Of a DNA stretch of 64,000 nt, positions 15,309 to 26,400 are shown in pieces. The translations under genes were made by a program, and so were the position numbers. This DNA is from a virus. The DNA lies in IMG/VR virus record IMGVR_UViG_3300026519_000001, positions 1 to 64,000 of that record. One strand, 5' to 3'. Numbering within the stretch: position 1 is the stretch's first letter; the number at the start of each line of letters is the position of its first letter. The notes beneath the pieces are model-generated. The model had not been told where the DNA came from and made no database searches. It worked only from the letters and a program-made list of their open reading frames with translations.

Positions 15309-15529
15309 ATGAAAGTTGAAAATATACAAAATCATAAAGGTAATGATATTAAAAATCAATTTATCATTACAACAAAGAAAGGTAGGTATTTCCAATCTTA
15401 TAATAGTATTATAGTCCAACCACTGGGAAATATAGAAATATCTTTTTAGCTGAGAACAAAAAAGAAACTACTAAAAAGTTAGATAAAGGAATTTACATAT
15501 TAAATAATTCTTTAGAAAATATTGAATAA
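15309..15529 (+). pseudogene. Internally deleted, frameshifted small phage gene
   Basis: One frame reads MKVENI...NQFII...YFQSYNSIIV; another continues YSPTTGKYRNIFLAENKKETTKK...NIE*. The junction is ATTATAGT at 15408-15415. Confidence 0.5.
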
Positions 15530-15566
15530 AATAAATAAAATTAAACGAAAAGATTTTATCATAATT

Positions 15567-15965
15567 ATGGAAAGACGATTAATAGTAAATAAAGCAATTT
15601 GCAATATATGTAAAGATGAAATCAAATCTAGACATAGACATGACTTTGTAGTTTGTACATGTGGAGAAATATCTGTAGATGGAGGAGTTGATTATGCAAG
15701 AAGAGTAGGAAACAAATATACTGAAACTTCTTTATATTCTGATGCACCACATATCAAATTAAGAGAATCGATTGAAAGAGGAGGCAGAGGTATTGATGGT
15801 AAACAACCTTTAAAATATGTATTACTTAAAGATTTAAATGACAATTGGTTAGAAAATCTTATAGAGTATGAAGAGAAAAATAGACCCAATAATGGGTATC
15901 TCCCTTTTTATAAGGCTGAGAAAAAGTATAGAAAGGATAATAATATAATTATAGAAGGAGAATAA
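15567..15965 (+). CDS. Zn-binding phage protein
   Basis: CNICKDEIKSRHRHDFVVCTCGEISVDGG motif; ATG at 15567. Confidence 0.65.
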   Translation: MERRLIVNKAICNICKDEIKSRHRHDFVVCTCGEISVDGGVDYARRVGNKYTETSLYSDAPHIKLRESIERGGRGIDGKQPLKYVLLKDLNDNWLENLIEYEEKNRPNNGYLPFYKAEKKYRKDNNIIIEGE

Positions 15966-15983
15966 TAAACGAATTAGAAAATT

Positions 15984-17345
15984 ATGACAGGAGAATTTAT
16001 TGTTGCTAAAATAAAGCAACTAGATAAAATAGAAGGAGCTGATAAAATTGTCAGTTCTAATCTATTTGGAGAAACTATTATTACTTCAACAAATACTAAA
16101 GTTGGTACAGTAGGTTTATTATTTGACATTGAAACTGTTTTAAGTCTAGAGCTGTGTCAAAAATTAAATCTTCACAGGCATAGTAATTTGAATGATAATA
16201 AAGAAGTAGTAGGATACTTTGACGATGCAAGAAGAGTAAGACCCATTAGGCTTAAAGGGGTGAAGTGTAGTGCATTCTTTTTGCCTCTTGATGGCATAGA
16301 AGTATTTACAGGATTAGATTTATTAGAAGACCTTAAAGTAGGTGCACAAGGTAATAATATAGGGGAATATCCAATATGTGCTAAGTACTTAAAAAAAAGA
16401 ATAAGAACTGAAAATAAAGAAGGTAAAATCAAGGAAGATTTAGTTCCTACTTTTAAACAACATCTTGATACTGATCAGGCATTAAGAAACATGCAAAAAG
16501 TTCAAGTTGGAGATTTGGCTATAATTTCAGAAAAAATTCATGGTACTAGCTTCAGATGTGGTTATTTACTTACTAAAACTAAATTAAGTTTATGGAGTCA
16601 GTTTTTTAACTTTATAGCTAATGGTATTTGGAATACTCATACTAATGTTTATAACTTTATAGTAGGTAGCCGTAGAGTCTTAAAGTTTATTGGTGGAGAG
16701 GAATTTAAAAACAAACAAAGTTACTATGACCGTGATTTATGGACATTTGTAGCTAAAAGAGAGTTTGAAGGAAAATTAGAAAAGGGAGAAACAATTTATG
16801 GAGAGATCGCAGGATATGATTTATCAGGAGGACTAATAATAGGTTCTCAAGGAAATAAAAAGTTAAAACCATTTATGGGCAAAAAAGAATACAAAACTTT
16901 TATTGATAGATATGGAGAAATTACTGAATTTACCTATGGATGCACTTTAGATGAAGACCCAGAAAACAAAACTCTATTCAATTTAGAAAAGATTAATAAA
17001 GTTTTTGTTTATAGAATTACTACAACTAATGAAGATGGAGTATCCATGGATTTATCTTGGGAACAAGTTAAAATGAGGTGCGAACAAATGAATGTTAATC
17101 ACGTTCCTGAATTAGCTAAATTTCTTATACAAGAAGGAGACACACAAATGATTGAAGATTATTTAATAGATGAGGCTAAAGAGCCTTCTAGATTGTTTCC
17201 TCAACATCTAAGAGAAGGCGTTTGTTTAAGATTAGAAGGGTCTTCATTAACACCTAAAATATTTAAAGAAAAAAATTATTTTTTTAAAGTTATTGAAAGA
17301 ATTATCAAAGAAACAGAAGAAACTAATTTAGAAGACGAAAATTAA
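15984..17345 (+). CDS. RNA ligase (Rnl2/DRB0094-like family)
   Basis: Nucleotidyltransferase motif I EKIHGT; IYGE; EGVCLR; terminal KxK; N-terminal IEGADKI. Confidence 0.85.
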   Translation: MTGEFIVAKIKQLDKIEGADKIVSSNLFGETIITSTNTKVGTVGLLFDIETVLSLELCQKLNLHRHSNLNDNKEVVGYFDDARRVRPIRLKGVKCSAFFLPLDGIEVFTGLDLLEDLKVGAQGNNIGEYPICAKYLKKRIRTENKEGKIKEDLVPTFKQHLDTDQALRNMQKVQVGDLAIISEKIHGTSFRCGYLLTKTKLSLWSQFFNFIANGIWNTHTNVYNFIVGSRRVLKFIGGEEFKNKQSYYDRDLWTFVAKREFEGKLEKGETIYGEIAGYDLSGGLIIGSQGNKKLKPFMGKKEYKTFIDRYGEITEFTYGCTLDEDPENKTLFNLEKINKVFVYRITTTNEDGVSMDLSWEQVKMRCEQMNVNHVPELAKFLIQEGDTQMIEDYLIDEAKEPSRLFPQHLREGVCLRLEGSSLTPKIFKEKNYFFKVIERIIKETEETNLEDEN

Positions 17346-17346
17346 T

Positions 17347-17433
17347 ATGAAAAATACAAAGAGCAATCCTGTGCAAGAGTATATTATTTGCACAAGGTTG
17401 TTTTGTTATCAAATTTGCTCAGGAGACTTCTAA
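17347..17433 (+). pseudogene. Second PNK/HAD phosphatase remnant
   Basis: MKNTKSNPVQEYIICTRLFCYQICSGDF*; PseT-like C-terminal CxQxxxGDF; starts right after the RNA ligase stop. Confidence 0.45.
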
Positions 17434-17455
17434 AAAAAAATAGAGAATATAAATT

Positions 17456-17818
17456 ATGAAAAAATTAAAATTAAAGCATATTACTTCTTATTTGCCTTAT
17501 GGAATTAAAGTTATATCTAATGAACGATACGAAAATGAAATTGCATTAATAACTTCTTTAAATTATGGTTTAGACCAAGATTTAATAATGTTACAAGGTA
17601 ACACGAAAGAACTTGACTTTTTTGAAGATGAGTTAGAAAAAATTAAACCAATTTTAAGACCACTAAGTGATTTAACAAAAGAAATAAAATATAATTTAGA
17701 ATTAGAAATGATTAATTATTTGCCATTTGTAATTGTTCAAGAATTATTTAAATGGCATTTTGATGTATTTAATTTAATAGATAAAGATTTAGCAATTGAT
17801 ATTAACAATTTAAAATAA
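17456..17818 (+). CDS. Hypothetical Bacteroidota-phage protein
   Basis: YLPYG...IKPILRPLSDLTKEI...WHFDVFNLI. Confidence 0.7.
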   Translation: MKKLKLKHITSYLPYGIKVISNERYENEIALITSLNYGLDQDLIMLQGNTKELDFFEDELEKIKPILRPLSDLTKEIKYNLELEMINYLPFVIVQELFKWHFDVFNLIDKDLAIDINNLK

Positions 17819-17822
17819 AAAT

Positions 17823-18113
17823 ATGACAGATGTAAAAGCATTAAAAAAAGAAACTAAAGAAAAAGCTGTAAAATTACCAAACAATAGAAAAGAGAAAATT
17901 CAGATGATGAAATCTCTTAAAATGAATGTTAATTTTAAACTAATGACTTTAGATAAGAAAGATAAAGATTTTGAAGAAAATCAAATAGAACTTTTAAGTC
18001 AACTTAATGGTATTGATACTCAATTAACTAAAATTAGAATAAATAAAAATAATAGCAAATTCTTTGAATTTGAACCAAATAAAGGAATAAATAGAAAACA
18101 AAGAAGAACATAA
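17823..18113 (+). CDS. Hypothetical protein
   Basis: Coiled-coil ORF ending NRKQRR. Confidence 0.6.
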   Translation: MTDVKALKKETKEKAVKLPNNRKEKIQMMKSLKMNVNFKLMTLDKKDKDFEENQIELLSQLNGIDTQLTKIRINKNNSKFFEFEPNKGINRKQRRT

Positions 18114-18180
18114 TAATCATCATTAATGTAAGTAGGTTTGATTCCCATCTACCTACTTGCAGATGATTTTAATATAAAAT

Positions 18181-18678
18181 ATGATTAGAAAAAATAGAAA
18201 TGGGCTAGTTCTAGATGATAAGAACTTAGCTCACGACCTTATATGGAATAAGGGAATGACAATTACTAAAGCTGCAAAGAAATTTGATGTAGCAATTAGT
18301 ACTATGCATAGAATAAAGATGTCAGACTTAAACAAAAGTTTCATGGAACAAATTCCTAAAAAAAAACCTGAGAATGGATTAGCAGTAAGTTATAAAAACT
18401 TAGAATTATGGGCTAAAAAGGCAGAGAATACTAATAAAAAAATGTTTGAAGATAATTTATCAAATTTTGAAAGATGGGCTAATGATAGAAAGAAATTAGA
18501 ATTTGAATTAATAACTTCTAAAAGACTATTGCAAAATGTAATAGAATGCCCTTATCTAATGGATGAATATACTATACCAATGACAGGTAATACAAATAAT
18601 GTAAATGTTATGGGAACAATAAAGATTCAGAATATAAAACGAGTTAGAATTAAAACTTTTTTAAAAAATGGGAAATAA
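18181..18678 (+). CDS. Helix-turn-helix protein
   Basis: MTITKAAKKFDVAISTMHRIK HTH pattern. Confidence 0.55.
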   Translation: MIRKNRNGLVLDDKNLAHDLIWNKGMTITKAAKKFDVAISTMHRIKMSDLNKSFMEQIPKKKPENGLAVSYKNLELWAKKAENTNKKMFEDNLSNFERWANDRKKLEFELITSKRLLQNVIECPYLMDEYTIPMTGNTNNVNVMGTIKIQNIKRVRIKTFLKNGK

Positions 18679-18928
18679 TATTTTAACTAGACAAACTTGC
18701 TTAATAGATATAGGATTAATTAGAATGGATAGATACCCAATGAATCCTAGTACTCTTAGTCTAATAGATTACCTTAGAAATGGAGGCAAGGTTCCTCCAA
18801 TAAAAGTAGCAAAACATTCAAAAGGTGGATATGTAATTAGAGATGGAAGACATAGAATATTGGCATCTAAATTACTTGGAATCACCAAAATACAAGCTAA
18901 ATTTAGTAACAAAGTTATGCTTAAATAA
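18668..18928 (+). CDS. ParB/Srx-like domain protein
   Basis: PPIKV...IRDGRHRILA motif. Confidence 0.7.
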   Translation: MGNNILTRQTCLIDIGLIRMDRYPMNPSTLSLIDYLRNGGKVPPIKVAKHSKGGYVIRDGRHRILASKLLGITKIQAKFSNKVMLK

Positions 18929-18944
18929 ATAATAAACTAAAAAA

Positions 18945-19115
18945 ATGGAAGGAACAGTAACAATAAGTCTTAATGACTATGATTATCTTAAAAAAGAAAA
19001 AAGGGATTTTAACACATTAAAGAATTTGCTTTCGAATATATCTAAACCTGATAAATTTTTCGATATTTTTAAGCCGGAACATATAAGTGAAATTAAAAGA
19101 ATTGTATATGATTAA
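18945..19115 (+). CDS. Hypothetical 56-aa protein (not in the ORF track)
   Basis: MEGTVTISLNDYDYLK...IVYD*; stop overlaps the stop of the convergent gene. Confidence 0.55.
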   Translation: MEGTVTISLNDYDYLKKEKRDFNTLKNLLSNISKPDKFFDIFKPEHISEIKRIVYD

Positions 19116-22100
19116 TTAGTATTAAGTAAATATGATAATGATTCTTTAGGGGTTTTACCCATTTGATTCGCAATAGGGAGTAAATCAATACCTCTTTTCC
19201 ATGCTTTAGGTAGCCCCTTATTTTTACCTCTTTGATATATTTCCAATTCAAGATTTGTTCCATCAGATACTATTTGACTTAAAAATCTAATTATATCTTC
19301 TGTGTAAGAGATAGAAGCTGCAGGGGATCTAAGAATTTGAAATGTTTCTAATGGGTTTGCAAAAAATGAAAGTTCAGAATATAATCTCCTAGAAAAGAAA
19401 GCTAAATACATCATAGCTTCTTCATCATCTTCATCTAACCCATCTAATTGTTTATAAATAAACATAGAACTTACAAATGATAATACTATCATTGACAATT
19501 CCATTACAGTTTTTCTAAGATTAGCTTTTTCATGTGTAGTAAGATTATCCATACCACCACTCCAAGCACCTTGTAATCCCAATCTTTTAAAATCTTGCAC
19601 CAAAGTGTTTATAAATCTTATAAAAGAAGTGTAATATCCTTCTTGAAAAGTTTGTAAATCTTCTGAGAAAAATACATCTATATCTTTTCTAAGTAAATCT
19701 TTCTTTTTAAAAGCTCTATTACTTCCCCTCCATCTTCTATTAAATCCAGGCACAATCCATTTACGTAACATACCTACCATTTTACCCACCACTCGTCTTT
19801 GAAACATAGATTGATATTCATCATTATATTGACCGTGCATATCATTGGCTATCTTATTAATAAGATTTCTTACTTCAAGGATGCCTTTGTCATTAGTCAA
19901 ATCAAGAGATAATTTTTGATTGCCAAATGATGTTTTATAAACATATTTATTTAATTTTAAATTACCATCTTCTCCTACTGAAAAAGCTTCATCTAGTGTC
20001 ATAGCTTTTTCTTTAGATACTACTTCTCCTCTAGAATTAATAAATTGACCTTCTTTATTTTTAATTTTAATATTATTAAGAATAGAATACATCATTGTGC
20101 CATGAATATAATGCTCACCTAAATGATTCATAAAAAATAAAGAACTTTTACTCAATAATGACTTAAATCTATTGTCTTCATTAAATCTAGTGCTCATTAC
20201 TTTAAATTCTCCTTGTATACTAAATAAATTCATCATTTGATTGGTTTTACCTCTTTGTACAGGTTTTCCAACATCATCTAGTATCCCTTTCATACTAGCC
20301 CAATATTTTGCTTCTCCTTTAACTAAATCCTTTTTATTATAATATTGTCCACCATGAGCCTCAATGAAATTAAATACCTTTCCTTGTATAACATTAGGAG
20401 CAGCGGCTAAATGATTAAATGCAAGCATTGTGGTAGCAGACCAAGCCATTAATGAATTAGCTATTTGTGCATACTCTTTTTTAATAGTTTTAACACCATA
20501 TAATCTATTTTCTATTATACTAGCAAGCATTTTAGCTTCATTAGATTCAATTCCTACTTTTTGTTTTACTTCTTCATAAACATTTTTACCAAGCATTTGA
20601 ACCATGGTTTTTTTAAGTGCGCCCTCTGTTTGTGCAACTTGCTTATTATTAGTAACTGCTAACGTTAATTCAAGAACATCTTTTATTTTGTTTTTTTGGT
20701 AATAATTTTCAGCCATCGCATAATCCATTAAAGCTATTGATATTAAATCATAACTTTGATCTTTTAAATTATGTTGTCCTCTGAAAAATATAGGAATATT
20801 ACTTTTTAAATCACCAACTGAATTAGTAATTTTTATTAAACTATTAATTTCATCTGCTAAATCATCTGCTGATTCCCCTGCTTTAATTCTTTTATCAATT
20901 TCAATTTGAAGTTCATCTTGTCTAGATATAAGATCTAAATCTTGACTACCAAATTCAGTTTCATCAGCTCTTTTGGCACTTATAGTTCTTTTTAAAGATT
21001 CATATAAATTTTCCATTATATTTCCAGAAGCTATTTGTTCAAATCCCTTTTTACCAATATTAGGAGCTTTGTGCCATTTAATTGTCATAGCTTGTGTATC
21101 AAAACTTTTAATATTAGAATTTAATCCTTCTGTCTTGTTGTTGCCTTCAAATGATATATCTATTAAGAATTTATAAACTTCGTTATTTTTTATTGTATTA
21201 TAATTAAGGTTCAGCCATTTAGCAATGGGTATCCCATTTTTAAGATTATCATTTAAAAAATCATTAACATTTTTAAAAGCTTTTTTATGTTCTTTGCTAT
21301 TGTTTCCAAATTCAAGCTCGGTAGCTGTTTCAATTTCACTTAATTTTCTATATTTAATATAGAACTCGACAGAATAACGAGATGAATAATATAAGTTGCC
21401 ATCAGAGCCAGTTTCATACAATCCTTTATATAATTTCTTAGGGTCAGTACCACTTGATGATTTTTTTAATTCCTTAAAAGCTTTTGCAGCTTTATTTTGC
21501 ATAATTAATAAATTGCCATCTCTTTGCGTGTCTGCATCATCTAAAAATTTTTCTACTAATTGAATTACAATAGAATTTACACTTTTACCATCATTTAACC
21601 ATGAAGCTAACCAGGAAACATCTGCAGGGCTATGATTTAATAATTTAAATATATTTTCATATTCTTTTTCTCGCAACGAATCTCTTTCATCTTCAATAAC
21701 AGATTCAATATGCTCATTTCTTCTATTAACATATTCTTGCTTAGATTCATTATCTGATTTTTTATTATTCTTATTAAATTCTATTTCAAGCTCATCTTTT
21801 CTAGCAACTATAGATCTATTTGAAATAACACTCATTAGTCTAGCCAAATGAGCAGTTGACATAGCTACTATTTTATTTTGAGTACTAACATATCTAGCTG
21901 ATAAATCAGCTACTAAATCTTGTACTAGTTTTTTATCTTCTACTGATACATATTCCTCATCATTATCTAAAAATTGCTTATTTACAGAATCTTGTATATC
22001 AGCCACTAAACTAAATGATGCTACCACTTCTTTAAATGATGCTAATACCTTTATCATATTAGAATGATTTGAATTATACTTAAATTCTTTCTCATTTAAT

Positions 22101-23431
22101 ACATCTTGAATATTACTAAGATTATTATCTACCATTTGAAGATAAGCTAATACAGCAGTGGAATTTTCAGTATCTTCTAGTTTATTTAATTGATTTTGAA
22201 GTTGTTCTAATTGTCCTTTATATAAAATATTACCTTCACTTAGTTGTTCATCTTTTGGTAATTCATTTAATTGCGATCTTATTATAGAATATATTTGCTC
22301 TCTTACATTTGTAAGGGTATTTAATCTTCTTTTAATAATAGTAGCCTTTTCAAATTTTGTATTTTTATCTTTTTGAAATTGAGTATCAATAGGGAGTAAA
22401 TTAGTTAATAATGATTCTTTTTCAGTTACTAATTCAGAAGCTAATGATAAAACAGCATCTTTTGGAACTCCCAATTCTCTATTAATTAAATTCTTAAACC
22501 AAGTAACAAATCTTTTCCACCAACTAATTTGAGTTGAACCATCAAATATGGCAGCAGCTTCTTTACCCAAAGCTGTGGATATAATTTCTTTTCTAAGATT
22601 ATCTCCTGATAAATTAGGATAAGCTTCAGAAACTTCTTTTTCAATAGTAGTTCCTATAAGTTGGTCACTAGCAGCTTTAATTCTAGCATTGTTCATACCA
22701 CCTAATAGCTCAATAAAAAGATGACCAAATTCATGAAATACTGTATCGCTATATAATTTATTAGGATTTACTACAATAATAGCAGTTCCCTTAACTAATT
22801 TATTATCCGATAATAATTGAGAATATATAGGATCGTTAGTACCAAGTAATTTACCTGATTCATTCATATCAGCATCATAAGAAATAAAAGTATTAACTCC
22901 TAATGCAGAAAATTTATTTTCCATTAAATTAGCTTGTTTATCAGCTAATTCTTGATTAATTATATTGGTATCAGCAGGGAGAACTCTTTTATCATTAGTA
23001 TCATAAGGTAATACATCACCTTCATCACTAATATATTCATTAGCATCTATCTCATTATTATCTTCCCTTTTTTGCCTGTCTATAATTTGGTCAGCAAAAG
23101 GAGTTACATCAAGTTTTATAACTTTAGTTATTGTGCCTCTATTCTTTAAACTAACTTCATTTAATACTCTACCATAAGTTCTGTTAACAGAACTTATTAA
23201 TTTCCTAGCTTCATTAAGCAAAGTTGTATCTTTAGGCAATAAAAATCTATCATCCTTTTTTGTGACTATTTTAAGAGGTTTCTTTAAAAGTCTATCATTA
23301 GCTGCAATAACAGCATCATATACTTTATAATGATAAGCTGCTAATGCCCTAGCATCACTTTCTATATAACTCCTATTACCATATTTTCTTCTACACACCA
23401 TATTAATTACATATTTCTTGAAATAAGCCAT
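19112..23431 (-). CDS. Large virion cargo protein with zincin-like HExxH motif
   Basis: FHEFGH plus a downstream Glu; adjacent to the virion RNAP, as in crAss-like phages. Confidence 0.7.
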   Translation of the reverse strand: MAYFKKYVINMVCRRKYGNRSYIESDARALAAYHYKVYDAVIAANDRLLKKPLKIVTKKDDRFLLPKDTTLLNEARKLISSVNRTYGRVLNEVSLKNRGTITKVIKLDVTPFADQIIDRQKREDNNEIDANEYISDEGDVLPYDTNDKRVLPADTNIINQELADKQANLMENKFSALGVNTFISYDADMNESGKLLGTNDPIYSQLLSDNKLVKGTAIIVVNPNKLYSDTVFHEFGHLFIELLGGMNNARIKAASDQLIGTTIEKEVSEAYPNLSGDNLRKEIISTALGKEAAAIFDGSTQISWWKRFVTWFKNLINRELGVPKDAVLSLASELVTEKESLLTNLLPIDTQFQKDKNTKFEKATIIKRRLNTLTNVREQIYSIIRSQLNELPKDEQLSEGNILYKGQLEQLQNQLNKLEDTENSTAVLAYLQMVDNNLSNIQDVLNEKEFKYNSNHSNMIKVLASFKEVVASFSLVADIQDSVNKQFLDNDEEYVSVEDKKLVQDLVADLSARYVSTQNKIVAMSTAHLARLMSVISNRSIVARKDELEIEFNKNNKKSDNESKQEYVNRRNEHIESVIEDERDSLREKEYENIFKLLNHSPADVSWLASWLNDGKSVNSIVIQLVEKFLDDADTQRDGNLLIMQNKAAKAFKELKKSSSGTDPKKLYKGLYETGSDGNLYYSSRYSVEFYIKYRKLSEIETATELEFGNNSKEHKKAFKNVNDFLNDNLKNGIPIAKWLNLNYNTIKNNEVYKFLIDISFEGNNKTEGLNSNIKSFDTQAMTIKWHKAPNIGKKGFEQIASGNIMENLYESLKRTISAKRADETEFGSQDLDLISRQDELQIEIDKRIKAGESADDLADEINSLIKITNSVGDLKSNIPIFFRGQHNLKDQSYDLISIALMDYAMAENYYQKNKIKDVLELTLAVTNNKQVAQTEGALKKTMVQMLGKNVYEEVKQKVGIESNEAKMLASIIENRLYGVKTIKKEYAQIANSLMAWSATTMLAFNHLAAAPNVIQGKVFNFIEAHGGQYYNKKDLVKGEAKYWASMKGILDDVGKPVQRGKTNQMMNLFSIQGEFKVMSTRFNEDNRFKSLLSKSSLFFMNHLGEHYIHGTMMYSILNNIKIKNKEGQFINSRGEVVSKEKAMTLDEAFSVGEDGNLKLNKYVYKTSFGNQKLSLDLTNDKGILEVRNLINKIANDMHGQYNDEYQSMFQRRVVGKMVGMLRKWIVPGFNRRWRGSNRAFKKKDLLRKDIDVFFSEDLQTFQEGYYTSFIRFINTLVQDFKRLGLQGAWSGGMDNLTTHEKANLRKTVMELSMIVLSFVSSMFIYKQLDGLDEDDEEAMMYLAFFSRRLYSELSFFANPLETFQILRSPAASISYTEDIIRFLSQIVSDGTNLELEIYQRGKNKGLPKAWKRGIDLLPIANQMGKTPKESLSYLLNTN

Positions 23432-26400
23432 TATCCAATCCTCTTTGAATAGCTTGATCTTGCTCTTGTCTACTAGTAGACATATAATTTATTTTATCTA
23501 CTCCTATATTAATATTATTAGAAGGGTTACTCCATTTAGTTTCATCTAATATATATTTATTTACATTTTCTTGAATGCTTGGAGCGTTTTTAATTTTATT
23601 ACTTTCAAATATTGTAGATTCGTTTAGATAATTTTCATAAATATAATACCCTTTTTTAGAATAACCTAGTTTTTCTATCTTTTTATATACAAAAACATTT
23701 ACATTTAAATTCCCTATTTTTTGAAAAAGCACATCTTGTTTTGATTTGATAAAATTCACTCCAGTTGTTCCTTCACCTATAATTAAATTATTTGAAAACT
23801 TTTTTGAATCCAATATGCTATATCCTGTTTTTTCATATTTAGTTTTAAATTCGAATTCAGTAACATTTTTAGAATTATTTCTTGAATATGTTTCGAGAAA
23901 ATCTGCTATAAAAGTATTACTTGAATTATCATTTTTAAAGTATTCTACAGAACCCTCTAAAACAGTTTTAACTAACTGATGTGGTGCAAATTCGAAGAAA
24001 GACTGACTATTAAAACTAAAATTAGAAGTAACATAACTGTATTTTAATAAATCTTCTGATAAGTCTGGGTCTATTTCTTGTAAATCATCCCAAGCTCTCA
24101 TTAAATCATCCTTATAACTATTAGGTTTGTTAGTAAGATTATCAATACTAATAAATTGAAGCCCATCTTGAGTAAAAGGAATAAGATTATTAAGTAATAA
24201 ATTATCTTTATGTTTTTCTCTGCCTTCTATTACTTTAGACTGCATAGTATTGTTGCCTCTAAACATATTATTAACCTCTTTAGATTCCAAACTAAAGAAA
24301 CTCGATTTAGAGGCAATAAATCCAAACAAATGAGATTCTAATCCAGCAAATTCAGCTTTAAACCCTGGTTTTTTATTATTAGCATTATAAAATGCTTCTA
24401 ATACTCTTTTACCAAATACAGTAGAATAAGTAACCATTTCTTTTTCAAATATTTTATCAGCTACTTCTATTGAATTTTCATGGGTGCTTTCTAAAAAAGT
24501 ATTAGTAAATTTCTCAGCAAGTCCTGTAAATAAAATTTCATCATTTGCATTTTTATATTTAAACATTTCTTTGTATCCTTGTTTATAAGTATATAAAGCA
24601 GCTATATTAGATGGACTTCCATTAACATCAGCTTTTGAATATATTACTGTATCATTAAATTTACTGCCTAATTCATTGTATGCTTTAAAAGCATGTAAAT
24701 ATTTTAATTGATTTTCCCAATAAGTTAAATTATCAACCTTATTAATAATGTTATTTTCCATTGACTTATTACTAAAAGAATCATTTTTTCTAATTCCGTC
24801 ACCTAATAAGATTATATTTTCAAGTTTTTCACTTATACTATTATAATAATTATCAAAATCAATTCCTGTTAATTTACTAAGAGATTGTAATTTATTTTTA
24901 ATATCTGCTTCAACAGTTTTAAATGAACTTTTTTTATTAGGATTGAATTTTGAATCTTTATTTAATTCTAATTGTACAAATTTCTTAATAGATTCTTGTC
25001 CGACAAATCTATTAAGCCAAGACAAAGATGTGCCATTACGCAATAACATAAATATCACATTAGAAGTCACACTATTATGATTTCCCCTGGTAATATAGGG
25101 GTCTTTAGCAATATCAACATAAGCAGTTAGAAACCAAGATAACACTTCAGATATTCTAGTTCTGTTTCTCCCTGTTTGATTATCATAAATTTGATTGAAT
25201 AGACTTTTACCATTTTTTACATTGCCTACGCCTAAATCAACATTCATTTCTAAACCTGCAATTTGAGCAAAAGCATGGTCTACACTATGATTTGCTGTAA
25301 TGCCTGTACCAGTCTTACCTGCAGAATTATCAAACTTTTTAGTCATTTGATGAATAGGTGAAAAGAATTCAAATGAATCTACAATACCATCTCCATGTAA
25401 TAATTTAATATCATTTTTAAGAAAATCATTATCAATTGCAGTAACTAAATTCTTAAAATTAACATGTGAAGTTAGTATTTCTTCAAACTCTGTTAATAAT
25501 TTATTTTCTAGTCCCTTTTTAGTAGGTATAGAATCATCAGTATAAAATTCTAATGATATTACATCATCTAAGCCAAACTCTTCTGTATACTCTTTATTAA
25601 GTTCATTATTGCCAAATACAATTTCTTCAATAACTTCTATTTCAACATCTTTACGTATTTTTTCATTAGTAGCAAATAAAATACTATTAACTATTTCTAA
25701 TTCATTATCAGGTGATATACTATCAATATTATAATCTTCTAATAATTGTAACATATTAGAAATGGTTTCTTCTTGAGTTTTACCTCTAAATCTACGTGCA
25801 AGAAACTGCCTAGCTTTAGCATAAGTAGATTTATTCCTATTAACCTTCATGTGAGGCATCATAATGTACATCTTATCAATATCAAAATCTGAACCAGTCT
25901 TTTTTGTAATATCAATATAAGGAATAACAGTGTCTCCCATTCCAATAGGAAGTATACCTACTATTTCTAGGGCATCATTAGAAGCTAAATCTTGATTAGG
26001 TATTCTATATCCAATTACAGTTAATAATTTCTTATCAATCTTAGCATTTAACTCTTCCATTGATAACTCAGTATAATTAGGAATATATTTAGTTATTTCT
26101 TGATGCGAAATAAATATTTGTCCAGGAAGAACTGTTTTTTTGCCATTTATTGTTTTTACCCTAGGTGCTTTTAACTTACTTTCATCTACAAGCATTTTAA
26201 CTCCTGTTTTTTTGGCATCTTTAATATCCCATCCAAAACTAGACATTTGAATAAATGAACCACCATTAGTTTTTAATTTAACAGTAGCATTATTTACCAT
26301 ACTAGAGATTAGGTTTTGGAACTTAATTCTATTAGTTAGTATTAAATCAAGAGGGTATTCTTTTTTAAGAGCTTCTATTGAATTAATATCACTACCATTG

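Noticed and set aside
18128-18160. tRNA-like fragment GTAGGTTTGATTCCC in a hairpin
   Set aside because: It only resembles a T-arm; no cloverleaf can be built. It is probably just an intergenic hairpin.
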